Assembly: GCA_039588275.1 (NCBI GenBank)
Contig: JBDHAC010000018.1
Location: 1 to 64,000, forward strand
DNA length: 64,000 nt
Reading direction: 5' to 3'
Origin: Gemmatimonadota bacterium
GTDB lineage: Bacteria; Gemmatimonadota; Gemmatimonadetes; Palauibacterales; Palauibacteraceae
In this document: positions 38,205-47,819 of the stretch, one piece after another
How positions within the stretch are numbered: position 1 is the stretch's first letter
Layout of the letters: every line of letters starts with the position of its first letter
The notes under the pieces: generated by a model
Told to the model about the DNA's origin: nothing
What the model saw: only the letters and a program-made list of their open reading frames with translations
Databases searched by the model: none
Position numbers and translations under genes: made by a program

Positions 38205-41200
38205 ATGGCAGTAGTTGACTTCCACCCGGCGGTAGCTCGTTGGTTCGCCCAGCGGTTCGAGGCAGCCACCGAGCCTCAGGTCCACGGGTGGAGATCGATC
38301 CGGGCCGGCCGCGACACGCTCATTTCGGCACCGACCGGCTCCGGAAAGACGCTGGCCGCCTTCCTCTCCGCGCTCGACGCCCTGTTGCGCGAAGGGCTCG
38401 AGTGCGGCGGCGCGCTGCCCGACGAGACGCGGGTCCTGTACGTGTCTCCCCTCAAGGCCCTGAGCGCAGACATCCACCGAAACTTGGCCGAGCCCCGGCG
38501 CGAGATCCGCCGCGTCGCGAAGGAGATGGACCTCCCCTCCCCGCGTATTACGGCCGCGGTGCGAAGCGGGGACACGTCGCAGGCGGAGCGACAGGCGATC
38601 GTGCGCACGCCCCCCCACATCCTCGTCACGACGCCGGAGTCCCTCTTCCTGCTCCTCACGGCGGAGCGCAGTCGCGAGATCCTGCGGACGGTCCGGACCG
38701 TGATCGTCGACGAGATTCACGCGATCATCGAATCCCGGCGTGGATCTCACCTCGCGCTGAGTCTCGAGCGTCTGCAGCACGTCGCGGAGGTACCTCTCCA
38801 GCGCATCGGCCTGTCGGCCACCCAGAAGCCTATCGAGGAGGTGGCGCGCTTCCTGGTGGGCCGCGCCCGCCTGGCGCCGGATGGCCGATCCGCGTGCGAC
38901 ATCGTCGACAGCGGGCACCTCCGAGAGCTCGATCTGGCGCTGGAGGTGCCGGAATCGCCGTTGGAAGCCGTGATGTCGGCGGAAACGTGGGACGAGATCT
39001 TCGACAGGCTTGCCCGCCTCATCGGCGAGCACCGTACGACCCTGGTGTTCGTGAACACGCGGAGGATGGCGGAGCGCGTCGCACGCCAGCTGACCCGGCG
39101 GTTGAGCGAGGCCGACGTCGCCGCCCACCATGGCAGTCTTTCGCGCGAGGCCCGCCTGGATGCCGAGCAGCGGCTGAAGGGTGGCCGACTGCGCGCCCTG
39201 GTGGCGACCGCATCTCTGGAGCTGGGAATCGATATCGGGCACGTCGACCTCGTGTGTCAGCTCGGCTCGCCCAACCGCATCTCGGCCTTCCTCCAGCGCG
39301 TAGGCCGTTCGGGGCACACGGTGAGCGGCACCCCCAAGGGGAGGCTGTTCCCGCTCAGTCGCGATGATCTGGTGGAGTGCAGCGCTTTGCTGCGAGCCTG
39401 CCGGCAGGGAGAACTGGATCGCCTTGTCGTGCGGGAGCGCCCGCTCGACATCCTCGCCCAGCAGGTCATCGCGGAAGCGGCATGCGAGGATTGGGCCGAG
39501 GACGGGCTCTACGACCTCTTCCGGCGTGCCTACCCCTACCGCGAGCTCTCACGGGCCGAGTTCGACGAGGTCATCCATATGGTCGCGCACGGGTTTCGAA
39601 CCAGACGCGGCCGTCGCGGGGCGTTCGTACACCACGATGGGGTCAACGGGCGGATCCGTGGCAGGAAGGGGGCACGTCTCGCGGCTCTGACGGCAGGTGG
39701 CGCAATCCCCGATGTCGCGGACTTCAGGGTCGTCCTGGAGCCCGAAGGCACGTTCGTCGGGACGATCAACGAAGACTTCGCGATCGAGAGCGTACCCGGG
39801 GACATCTTCCAGCTGGGCAACACCTCGTGGCAGATCCTGCGGATCGAGCGAAGCACGGTGCGGGTCGCGGACGCTCGCGGGCAGCCCCCCAACCTCCCCT
39901 TCTGGCTGGGAGAGGCTCCGGCACGCACAGATGAGCTCTCGGTCGCGGTGTCCAAGCTCCGGCGTGAGATCGATGCGCATCTTGCCGACGAGGAGGGCGA
40001 GGGCGGGCGGCGGCGCGCGCGGGCGTGGGTCACCGAGGAGATCGGGCTTTCGGAGCCGGCCGCGTACCAGCTCGTCAGGCACCTCTCGGATGCGAGGCAT
40101 CTGCTCGGTGTTCTCCCGACGCGCGACACGCTCGTTCTCGAGCGGTTCTTCGACGAGGCCGGGGGCATGCAGCTCATCCTCCACTCGCCGCTCGGGAGCC
40201 GGATCAACAAGGCGTGGGGGTTGGCGCTGCGGAAGCGATTCTGCCGGAAGTTCAACTTCGAGCTGCAGGCCGCCGCGACCGAGGATGGAGTGCTGCTCTC
40301 CCTCGGGCCCCAGCATTCGTTTCCGCTCGAGGAGGTGTTCCGATACCTCCACCCCGAGACCGTTCGGGATGTGCTGGTGCAGGCGATGCTCGACGCGCCC
40401 ATGTTTCAGACCCGCTGGCGGTGGGCGGCCAGCCTGTCGCTCGCGGTGCTTCGCTGGCGCGGCGGGAAGCGCACGCCCCCCCAGATCCAGCGTATGGAAG
40501 CCGAGGATCTCCTCGCGGCTACGTTCCCCGACGCGGCGGCGTGCTTCGAGAACATCGAGGGGGAGCGAGAGGTCCCCGACCATCCGCTGGTTCGTCAGGC
40601 GATCGATGACTGCCTGCACGAAGCCATGGACCTCGAGGGACTCGTCGGGATCCTGGACCGGATTCGCACGGGTGACGTCGGCCTCGTTGCACGGGATACG
40701 CCCGAGCCCTCGACGCTGAGCCACGAGCTGCTGACCGCGAGGCCGTACGCGTTCCTGGACGACGCCCCGTTGGAGGAGCGCCGGGCCGCCGCCGTGTACG
40801 CCCGCCGCGCCCTCGATCCCACGACCGCGAACGAACTGGGTGCGCTCGACCAGGCCGCGATCGATCGTGTGCGTGCCGAGGCATGGCCCGATCCGCGCTC
40901 TCCGGACGAGCTGCACGACGCGCTCATGACGTGTGGTTTCCTCACGGCCAGCGAGGGCGCACGGGCCGAGGTGGCGGCCGGCGACGGGGGCTGGGCGGAG
41001 CACTTCGGCCGGCTGGCCGAGCGGGGCCGCGCCACGCGCGCACGGCGGGACCCCGACGGACCGAAGCTCTGGGTGGCGACCGAGCGGCTCCCGGAGCTCG
41101 AGGCGGTCCACCCGGACATTTCAACCGAGCCGGCCGTCGTTCCACCAAACCGCTTCCGCGAACGGCCACCGGACCGCAGCGCGGCGGTGCGGGAGCTCCT

Positions 41201-42650
41201 GCGCGGGCGACTCGAGATCCTCGGACCGACGACCTGCGCCGCCCTGGCCCGATCGATCGGGGTGCCCGAAAGGGACGCTGACGCCGCGCTGCTCGCCCTC
41301 GAGGCAGAGGGCGCGGTGCTGCGCGGGGCGTTCACGGCGGGGAGTGCCGGTCGCAGGAACGAGTGGTGCGAGCGGCGGATGCTCGCCCGGATCCACCGGT
41401 ATACCATCCAGCGCTTGCGAGCCGAGATCGAGCCGGTGTCGGCCGCCGACTTCATGCGATTCCTGTTCGAGTGGCAGCACGTCGCTCCGGGTACGGCCGT
41501 GGCCGGCCCGGAAGGCCTCGCGGCGGTCTTGCGACAGCTCGATGGATACGAGCTGTCCGCCGCCGCGTGGGAGCCCGATGTGTTGGCCGCCCGGTGCGAG
41601 GACTACGAGCCGGAGCTCCTCGACGCCCTGTGCCTCACGGGGCGCGCCATGTGGGGTCGCTTGTCCCCGCCGGCGGGATCGAACGGGGGTCGCGGGTCGG
41701 GCCCGATTCGCAGCTCACCCATCGCCTTGTTTCGGCGGGCGAGCGCGACGGCGTGGTTCTCGTTGGCGCGATTACCCAACGCCGAAGCGCTTTCCTCGTA
41801 TGGGCAACAGGTCCTGGAGGCGCTCGAGCGGCGTGGGGCGTCCTTCTTCCACGAGATCGTGGACGACGTCGGGTTGATGCCTACCCGGGTCGAGCAAGCG
41901 CTCGGCGAGCTCGCGGCGGTCGGGCTGGTCACCTCGGATGGGTTCACCGGCCTGCGGGCACTCCTCACACCCTCGGATCGCCGCCGACCGCTGGGGGGTG
42001 CCAGGGCCCGTAGACGGAAGCGCATCGCTCCGTACGGCATCGAGACGGCCGGCCGTTGGTCGTCCTTGCGTCGCGCGCACGAACCGACCCCGGAATCGCC
42101 GGGCGCGGGCCCGAGGAGCTCCGAGACGGTTCCACGACGAGCGCCCGCCCGGGCCGCCGATGCCCCCGAGGTCGAGAGGTACGCGCTCGCGCTGCTGCAC
42201 CGCTATGGAGTCGTCTTCCGCCGTCTGCTCGCGCGCGAGACGAACTCGCCGCCGTGGCGAGACCTGGTGCTCCTGTATCGCCGGCTCGAGGCGCGCGGGG
42301 ACATCCGGGGCGGGCGCTTCGTGTCGGGCTTCTCGGGTGAGCAGTTCGCGCTCCCCGAGGCGGTGCCCCGCCTGCGCGCGACGCGCCGGACCGAGGCGAC
42401 GGGGCGGCTTCAGAGCCTATCCGCTGCGGACCCTTTGAATCTGACGGGGATCATCACCCCGGGCGACCGTATCACCGCGGTCGCGAGCAACCGCGTCGTG
42501 TACCGCGACGGAGTCCCCGTCGCCGCACACGAGGGGGGTCGGATCCGCATGCTCGTGCACGAGCGGGCCCCGAGCGCCCGAGACGTGGAACGGGCGCTCG
42601 TCCGCAAGATGCCCCCGTCGCTGAGGTGGTATCTGTGGCGGGCCGGTTGA
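38205..42650 (+). CDS. lhr: Lhr-family SF2 helicase, long form
   Basis: APTGSGKT, YVSPLKAL, TTPES, DEIH, GLSAT, AHHGSLS, SLELGIDIG, QRVGR; C-terminal LEARGDIRGGRFV..GEQFA, SAADPLNL. Confidence 0.95.
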   Translation: MAVVDFHPAVARWFAQRFEAATEPQVHGWRSIRAGRDTLISAPTGSGKTLAAFLSALDALLREGLECGGALPDETRVLYVSPLKALSADIHRNLAEPRREIRRVAKEMDLPSPRITAAVRSGDTSQAERQAIVRTPPHILVTTPESLFLLLTAERSREILRTVRTVIVDEIHAIIESRRGSHLALSLERLQHVAEVPLQRIGLSATQKPIEEVARFLVGRARLAPDGRSACDIVDSGHLRELDLALEVPESPLEAVMSAETWDEIFDRLARLIGEHRTTLVFVNTRRMAERVARQLTRRLSEADVAAHHGSLSREARLDAEQRLKGGRLRALVATASLELGIDIGHVDLVCQLGSPNRISAFLQRVGRSGHTVSGTPKGRLFPLSRDDLVECSALLRACRQGELDRLVVRERPLDILAQQVIAEAACEDWAEDGLYDLFRRAYPYRELSRAEFDEVIHMVAHGFRTRRGRRGAFVHHDGVNGRIRGRKGARLAALTAGGAIPDVADFRVVLEPEGTFVGTINEDFAIESVPGDIFQLGNTSWQILRIERSTVRVADARGQPPNLPFWLGEAPARTDELSVAVSKLRREIDAHLADEEGEGGRRRARAWVTEEIGLSEPAAYQLVRHLSDARHLLGVLPTRDTLVLERFFDEAGGMQLILHSPLGSRINKAWGLALRKRFCRKFNFELQAAATEDGVLLSLGPQHSFPLEEVFRYLHPETVRDVLVQAMLDAPMFQTRWRWAASLSLAVLRWRGGKRTPPQIQRMEAEDLLAATFPDAAACFENIEGEREVPDHPLVRQAIDDCLHEAMDLEGLVGILDRIRTGDVGLVARDTPEPSTLSHELLTARPYAFLDDAPLEERRAAAVYARRALDPTTANELGALDQAAIDRVRAEAWPDPRSPDELHDALMTCGFLTASEGARAEVAAGDGGWAEHFGRLAERGRATRARRDPDGPKLWVATERLPELEAVHPDISTEPAVVPPNRFRERPPDRSAAVRELLRGRLEILGPTTCAALARSIGVPERDADAALLALEAEGAVLRGAFTAGSAGRRNEWCERRMLARIHRYTIQRLRAEIEPVSAADFMRFLFEWQHVAPGTAVAGPEGLAAVLRQLDGYELSAAAWEPDVLAARCEDYEPELLDALCLTGRAMWGRLSPPAGSNGGRGSGPIRSSPIALFRRASATAWFSLARLPNAEALSSYGQQVLEALERRGASFFHEIVDDVGLMPTRVEQALGELAAVGLVTSDGFTGLRALLTPSDRRRPLGGARARRRKRIAPYGIETAGRWSSLRRAHEPTPESPGAGPRSSETVPRRAPARAADAPEVERYALALLHRYGVVFRRLLARETNSPPWRDLVLLYRRLEARGDIRGGRFVSGFSGEQFALPEAVPRLRATRRTEATGRLQSLSAADPLNLTGIITPGDRITAVASNRVVYRDGVPVAAHEGGRIRMLVHERAPSARDVERALVRKMPPSLRWYLWRAG

Positions 42651-42673
42651 ACGGTGAGGTCAAACGACGAGCT

Positions 42674-44020
42674 CTATTTCACGTCGCGCGCGAGGCGGAC
42701 CCCCATGAACTGCCACGTCGCGTCCGCCGGGAAGAAATTGCGGTACGTCGGTCGAATGTGGCTGACCGACGTCGCGCAGGAGCCGCCGCGGAGCACGAAC
42801 TGGTTGCTCATGAACTTGCCGTTGTACTCGCCGAGCGCCCCGGGAGCCGGCTCGTATCCCGGATAGGGCGAGTACTGGCTGCGCGTCCACTCCCACACAT
42901 CACCATACATCTGGTGCAATGGCGCCCCGGCGTCGGGCGACGGCCGCGAGCCGTTTGACGTCGCCGGCCCGACCTGCACCGCCTCCGGGGGGACCGGGCG
43001 CAGCTCACCGGTCTCGACGAAGTTGCCTCGGATCGGAACCGTTCTCGCGGCCACCTCCCACTCCTGTTCGGTGGGCAGCCTGGCACCCGCCCAGCGCGCG
43101 AACGCGTCCGCCTCGAAGTAGCTCAGGTGGCACACCGGCTCGCTCGGAGCGACCTCGCGCATGCCCGAGAGCGTGAACGACCACCATCCCCCGTCTCGCA
43201 TCTCCCAGTAGAACGGCTCGGTCCAGCCCCGTTCCCGGACCGTGGCCCACCCCTCCGAGAGCCACAGCTCGCCGCGCTCATAGCCTCCATCCTCCATGAA
43301 GGACTGGTACTCCTCGTTGGTCACCAAACGACTCGCGATCAGGAACTCGTTCAGGAAGTGCCGATGCCGCGGCGTCTCGTTGTCGTACGAGAAGCCCTCG
43401 CCTTCGGTGGGATGACCGATCCAATGGAGGTCCTCATCGAAATGCAGCCATGTCAGATCCGTGACGGTCATCGACCCCGCCGACGTCGCATCTCGATAGA
43501 CCGGCCGCAGCGGATTCACCGAGAGCACGTGCTTGATGTCGGTGAGCAGGAGCTCCTGGTGCTGCTGTTCGTGCTGGAGGCCGATCTCGACCAGCGGCGC
43601 GATCGATCGTGCTTCCACATCGCCGGCCTCGCTGAGCAGCCGCAGCATGCGCTCGTCGACGTAACGGCGGTATTCGTATACCTCTTCCACCGTGGGCCGG
43701 GAGATGTAGCCGCGTTGGTCACGGCAATGCCGTTCTCCTGCCTGCAGGTAGTAGGAGTTGAACAGATACGCGTACGCCGGGTCCAGCGGCTCGTACCAGG
43801 ACGCGTGTTCCCGGAGGATGAACGTCTCGAAGAACCAGGTCACGTGTGCCAGGTGCCATTTGGTCGGGCTCACGTCGACCATGGTCTGAACGACGTAGTC
43901 TTCGACTGCGAGCGGCTCGCAGAGCGCTTCGGTGAACCGACGGATCGCCCGGTAGCGATCGGTCAGCGTTTCGGCTCCTGTTACGCCGGGGGCGCCCTCG
44001 GCCAGAGCTTGATCAGTCAT
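42674..44020 (-). CDS. egtB: Ergothioneine biosynthesis sulfoxide synthase EgtB
   Basis: SPTKWHLAH, FNSYY, HEQQHQEL, EYNGKFM, RPTYRNFF, WQFMGVRLA; start 44020 or 44029. Confidence 0.92.
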   Translation of the reverse strand: MTDQALAEGAPGVTGAETLTDRYRAIRRFTEALCEPLAVEDYVVQTMVDVSPTKWHLAHVTWFFETFILREHASWYEPLDPAYAYLFNSYYLQAGERHCRDQRGYISRPTVEEVYEYRRYVDERMLRLLSEAGDVEARSIAPLVEIGLQHEQQHQELLLTDIKHVLSVNPLRPVYRDATSAGSMTVTDLTWLHFDEDLHWIGHPTEGEGFSYDNETPRHRHFLNEFLIASRLVTNEEYQSFMEDGGYERGELWLSEGWATVRERGWTEPFYWEMRDGGWWSFTLSGMREVAPSEPVCHLSYFEADAFARWAGARLPTEQEWEVAARTVPIRGNFVETGELRPVPPEAVQVGPATSNGSRPSPDAGAPLHQMYGDVWEWTRSQYSPYPGYEPAPGALGEYNGKFMSNQFVLRGGSCATSVSHIRPTYRNFFPADATWQFMGVRLARDVK

Positions 44021-44135
44021 CTGTCGCATCCTCTGCGGGTGGTGCGGGTCCCGCGATCGCGGGGCCGTTCGACCATGGCCAGCAACGTACTATACCGCTT
44101 GTCAATGCGCCGGGACGGACGGAGCTTGCGTCTCC

Positions 44136-45995
44136 ATGGACTTTCACGATCCCGCCCTGACTTTCGCGATCGCGCTTGCAGCGGGTGTTCTCGCCCAATC
44201 GGTCGCACGGCACCTTCGGATCCCGGGAATCATCCTGCTTCTCGCGGTCGGCGTCCTGCTCGGCCCGCGGTTCGCCGCGCTCGTCATCCCCGAGAGTCTC
44301 GGCGAAGGACTACACCACATCGTGGGTCTGTCGATCGCCGTGGTGCTGTTCGAGGGTGGCCTGAACCTTAATATCGGGCGCCTTCGGCGGCAGGCGATCA
44401 CCATCCGCGAGCTGATCACTCTGGGAGCGGCTATCACGGCGGTGGGCGGCATGGTCGCCTCGCTCGCTCTCGTCGGATGGGACTGGAGAGTCGCTCTCCT
44501 GTTCGGGACACTGGTAATCGTCACCGGGCCGACCGTGATCAACCCGATCATGCGACGCATCCGGGTGAAGGCCCGGCTGCGCACGATCCTGGAGGCCGAA
44601 GGCATCCTCATCGATCCGATCGGCGCCATCGTCGCGGTCGTGGCGCTGGAGGTGATCCTGGAGACCACGGCGCGCGGTGCGGCGACCGGGTTGCTCGGTC
44701 TGCCCGCCCGACTCGCCTTCGGGCTCGTGCTCGGGATGGGGGGCGGCTTCCTGATGGGTCTCCTCCTGCGCTTCCGCAACGTGGTGCCGCTGGGCTTCGA
44801 GAACATCTTCACGCTCGCCGGCGTGCTGGCGTTGTTCGAGGTGAGCGACGCATTGCTCCCCGAGAGCGGGATCATGGCGGTCGCGGTCGCGGGGCTGGTG
44901 GTCGGGAACATGCACACGCGGGTCGCGCGGGAGCTGGTCGAGTTCAAGGAGCAACTCACCATCCTGCTCGTGGGGCTGTTGTTCGTCCTCCTGGCCGCTG
45001 CGGTTCCGCTCGAGCAGGTGACCGCGCTCGGATGGCGCGGCATCGGCACCGTGCTCGCGCTCATCGTGCTGGTCCGTCCTCTGGGCATCTGGGCGTGCAC
45101 GTACGGCTCTGATCTGCGGCTGAACGAGCGGGCGTTCCTCGCGTGGTTGGCCCCCCGCGGCATCGTCGCGTTCGCGGTGTCGTCGTTGTTCGCGAACCGA
45201 CTGGCCGCGCACGGGATGTCCGCCGAAGGGGATCAGCTCCGCGCCCTCGTGTTTCTCGTGATCGCCGCCACGGTCATCCTGCAGGGCGGTACGGCCGGAC
45301 TCGTGGCTCGTCTTCTCCGCGTTCGGCGCCTCGCGAACCAGGGGCACCTGATCGTCGGGGCGAACCCCCTGGGACGCGCGCTCGCGGCCGCGCTGCGTGA
45401 GGCTGGCGGGCCGGACGAGCCGATCGTCCTGATGGACACCAACTCCAACGAGGCCCAGGCAGCGGAGGCCGCGGGCTTCCGGGTCGTGTACGGCAGCGCG
45501 GCCGAGGAGAGGACGCTGCGTCTCGCCGATGCCGAGGTGCGCCGCTCGTTCAGCGCGGTCACGCCGAACGAGGCCGTGAACCTGCTGCTCGCGAACAAGT
45601 CCCTTGAGCTGTATGGCCTGAAGCGCACGCTCGTCGCGCTGGATAGCCGGGGCACGGGCGTGCTGGGTGAGCACGTGCACGAGGCGGACGCACGGATCCT
45701 GTTCGCGCAAGACATCGCGCTCGAACGTTGGCGTCACGATTTCCGGCACGGCACCGCGAGCACCAGCCGTTGGCGCTTCGCGGGGGCGGGTCGAGCGCCG
45801 CTCGCGGGCGCTCGCGATGAGTCGGGCGAGGTACCGATCCTCGCCCTGGTTCACCTTCGAGGAGGGCGGCCGAATCCGGTGGACGATCGGGAGGCCGTGC
45901 GAAGAGGAGACGAAGTCACCTTCGCGTGGCGCGCCGAAGACGACGAGCGCGCGCGCGCGTGGCTCGAGCAGAACGCCTGGCAGCCGGTCGTATGA
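44136..45995 (+). CDS. CPA1/NhaP-type cation:proton antiporter with TrkA-N domain
   Basis: LFEGGL, VTGPTVI, EGILIDPIG, APRGIVA; about 12 TM helices; IVGANPLG. Confidence 0.92.
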   Translation: MDFHDPALTFAIALAAGVLAQSVARHLRIPGIILLLAVGVLLGPRFAALVIPESLGEGLHHIVGLSIAVVLFEGGLNLNIGRLRRQAITIRELITLGAAITAVGGMVASLALVGWDWRVALLFGTLVIVTGPTVINPIMRRIRVKARLRTILEAEGILIDPIGAIVAVVALEVILETTARGAATGLLGLPARLAFGLVLGMGGGFLMGLLLRFRNVVPLGFENIFTLAGVLALFEVSDALLPESGIMAVAVAGLVVGNMHTRVARELVEFKEQLTILLVGLLFVLLAAAVPLEQVTALGWRGIGTVLALIVLVRPLGIWACTYGSDLRLNERAFLAWLAPRGIVAFAVSSLFANRLAAHGMSAEGDQLRALVFLVIAATVILQGGTAGLVARLLRVRRLANQGHLIVGANPLGRALAAALREAGGPDEPIVLMDTNSNEAQAAEAAGFRVVYGSAAEERTLRLADAEVRRSFSAVTPNEAVNLLLANKSLELYGLKRTLVALDSRGTGVLGEHVHEADARILFAQDIALERWRHDFRHGTASTSRWRFAGAGRAPLAGARDESGEVPILALVHLRGGRPNPVDDREAVRRGDEVTFAWRAEDDERARAWLEQNAWQPVV

Positions 45996-46139
45996 TGGCA
46001 GCCGCGAACGAGCGAACCGACGTAGCGTGGCGTGGGGTGGGCGGGGACGACCAGGTCGTGCGGTTCGTGTGGTCGGTTTGGCCGCGCCCCGCCCGTGGTG
46101 GAGTGTGAGGCCGTAGAACGCCTCACCTGTAGAACGTCC

Positions 46140-46277
46140 CTAAACGAAGATCTTGAACAGCTCCTTTGCCAGCCATTCGGGCATCTCCGCCCGTGGCGGC
46201 TGGGGTTCGCGTCGCGCGTCTTCTGGGACCGGAGTCCCCCGGGCGACGCGGCCCTCACGCGGATCCGAGTTCGACAT
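46140..46277 (-). CDS. Candidate 45-aa small protein
   Basis: GGGGAGGAG RBS before ATG 46277; MSNSDPREGRVARGTPVPEDARREPQPPRAEMPEWLAKELFKIFV; alternative ATG at 46316. Confidence 0.45.
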   Translation of the reverse strand: MSNSDPREGRVARGTPVPEDARREPQPPRAEMPEWLAKELFKIFV

Positions 46278-46448
46278 CCTCCACTCCTCCCCGTCTATAT
46301 CGGTGGGGTTGTCCATCGCAGCTCGCTCCCTTGAGCTCGAGCCCGTCCGGATCACCCTCCTGTGCCCTGATGACGTGTCTGGCGGGGCCTCGGTTTCGTC
46401 CTCGTGACCGGTCGGTTTACCGGCCCGCGCCAGTCTCCGGGGTCCCAT

Positions 46449-46464
46449 AGCAAGTACCGCGCCC
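46449..46464 (-). promoter_or_regulatory. Putative sigma-54 promoter for the small ORF
   Basis: Minus strand GGGCGCGGTACTTGCT (GG-N10-GC, TTGCT). Confidence 0.5.
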
Positions 46465-46532
46465 GGTTCCAACCCCCCTCGACTCTCAGCCATTGGATGT
46501 CGGTCGAGCCACGAGGGTTGCATCCGCCGCGC

Positions 46533-46590
46533 GGCGGGACCGCTCCGCCGGGTCCGGGCGGGACCGCTCCGCCGGGTCCGGGCGGGACCG
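46533..46590. repeat. 24-bp tandem repeat, 2.4 copies
   Basis: GGCGGGACCGCTCCGCCGGGTCCG at 46533 and 46557, partial at 46581. Confidence 0.85.
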
Positions 46591-46649
46591 TGATGCCGCC
46601 TTCGGGTGGACCCTTTTCGCCCACCCGACCGCCCTCCATAATGCCCGGC

Positions 46650-47819
46650 ATGACACACACGGCGAGACGAACGCACGGGTACACCGAGTCCGTGATCCGC
46701 ATGATGACGCGGCTCGCGGCGGAGCACGACGCGATCAACCTGGCGCAGGGATTTCCCGATTTTCCCGCGCCCGAGACGGTGAAGGACGCCGCCGCTAGGG
46801 CGATCCACGACGACATCAACCAGTACGCGATCACGTGGGGAGCGAAGCGGTTCCGCGACGCGCTCGTCGCCAAGTACGAGGACTGGTACGGGATGGATGT
46901 GAATCCCGAGACCGAGGTCACGGTGACCTGCGGCGCGACCGAAGCCGTCGTGTCGGCTCTCCTCGCGATCGTGGATCCGGGCGACGAGGTCATCGTGCTG
47001 GAGCCGTTCTACGAGAACTACGGCCCCGACACCGTGTTGTGTGCGGCGACCCCCCGGTTCGTGCGGCTGGGCGAGGGCTGGAGGATCGACCAGGACCGCC
47101 TGCGGGCGGCCTTCTCGGAGCGCACCCGGGCGATCGTCGTCAATACGCCCAACAACCCCACCGGGTGTGTCTTCTCGCGCGCCGAGCTCGAGGGCATCGC
47201 GGCTCTGTGTCAGGAGTTCGATGCATACGCGGTGACCGATGAGGTGTACGAGCACATCATCTTCGACGGATGCGAGCACGTCCCGATGGCGACGCTCCCC
47301 GGGATGCGGGATCGCACGATCACCGTCAGCGGAGCCTCGAAGACGTTCGCGGTGACCGGGTGGCGGATCGGAACGATCGTCGCTCACCCCGCGGTGACGG
47401 ATGCGATCCGCAAAGTGCACGATTTTCTCACCGTGGGCGCGGCCGCCCCGCTCCAGGAGGGTGTGGCGGCCGGTCTCGAGAGGCTCCCGGACGCGTACTA
47501 CCGTGAGCTCGGAGACTCGTATCGGGCCAAGCGCGACGTGTTCTACAGCGCGCTCATCGATGCCGGCTTCAAATGCGGACCGCCGGAGGGCGCGTATTAC
47601 ATCCTCGCCGACTTCTCGGACCTGAGCGACCTGCCCGACGACGAGTTCGCGGCGTGGCTCACCGCGGAGATCGGCGTCGCTCCGGTGCCCGGGTCGAGCT
47701 TCTTCCATCGCCCGGAGGACGGACGGCACCTCGTCCGCTTCGCGTTCTGTAAGACCGAGGAGCTGCTGAGGGAAGCCGCGGGTCGTCTGGAATCGATTCG
47801 AACCCGCACACCCGCATGA
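46650..47819 (+). CDS. PLP-dependent class I/II aminotransferase (YbdL/kynurenine-aminotransferase-like)
   Basis: INLAQGFPDF, GATEA, NTPNNPTG, DEVYEH, SGASKTFAVTGWRIG, VRFAFCK; CATAAT 7 bp before the ATG suggests a leaderless start. Confidence 0.92.
   Translation: MTHTARRTHGYTESVIRMMTRLAAEHDAINLAQGFPDFPAPETVKDAAARAIHDDINQYAITWGAKRFRDALVAKYEDWYGMDVNPETEVTVTCGATEAVVSALLAIVDPGDEVIVLEPFYENYGPDTVLCAATPRFVRLGEGWRIDQDRLRAAFSERTRAIVVNTPNNPTGCVFSRAELEGIAALCQEFDAYAVTDEVYEHIIFDGCEHVPMATLPGMRDRTITVSGASKTFAVTGWRIGTIVAHPAVTDAIRKVHDFLTVGAAAPLQEGVAAGLERLPDAYYRELGDSYRAKRDVFYSALIDAGFKCGPPEGAYYILADFSDLSDLPDDEFAAWLTAEIGVAPVPGSSFFHRPEDGRHLVRFAFCKTEELLREAAGRLESIRTRTPA

Noticed and set aside
38205..42650. Lhr as part of an anti-phage defence island
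   Set aside because: No nuclease, methylase, toxin or mobile genes adjacent; composition looks like the rest of the window
42674..44020. SenA (selenoneine) or OvoA (ovothiol)
   Set aside because: No senB/senC nearby and no C-terminal methyltransferase domain
44089..44105. TTGACA plus TATAGT as the egtB sigma-70 promoter
   Set aside because: The boxes are only 5 bp apart on the minus strand
46533..46590. 24-bp repeats (and the 20-bp repeats at 55691) as a CRISPR array
   Set aside because: Head-to-tail with no spacers, under 3 copies, no cas genes
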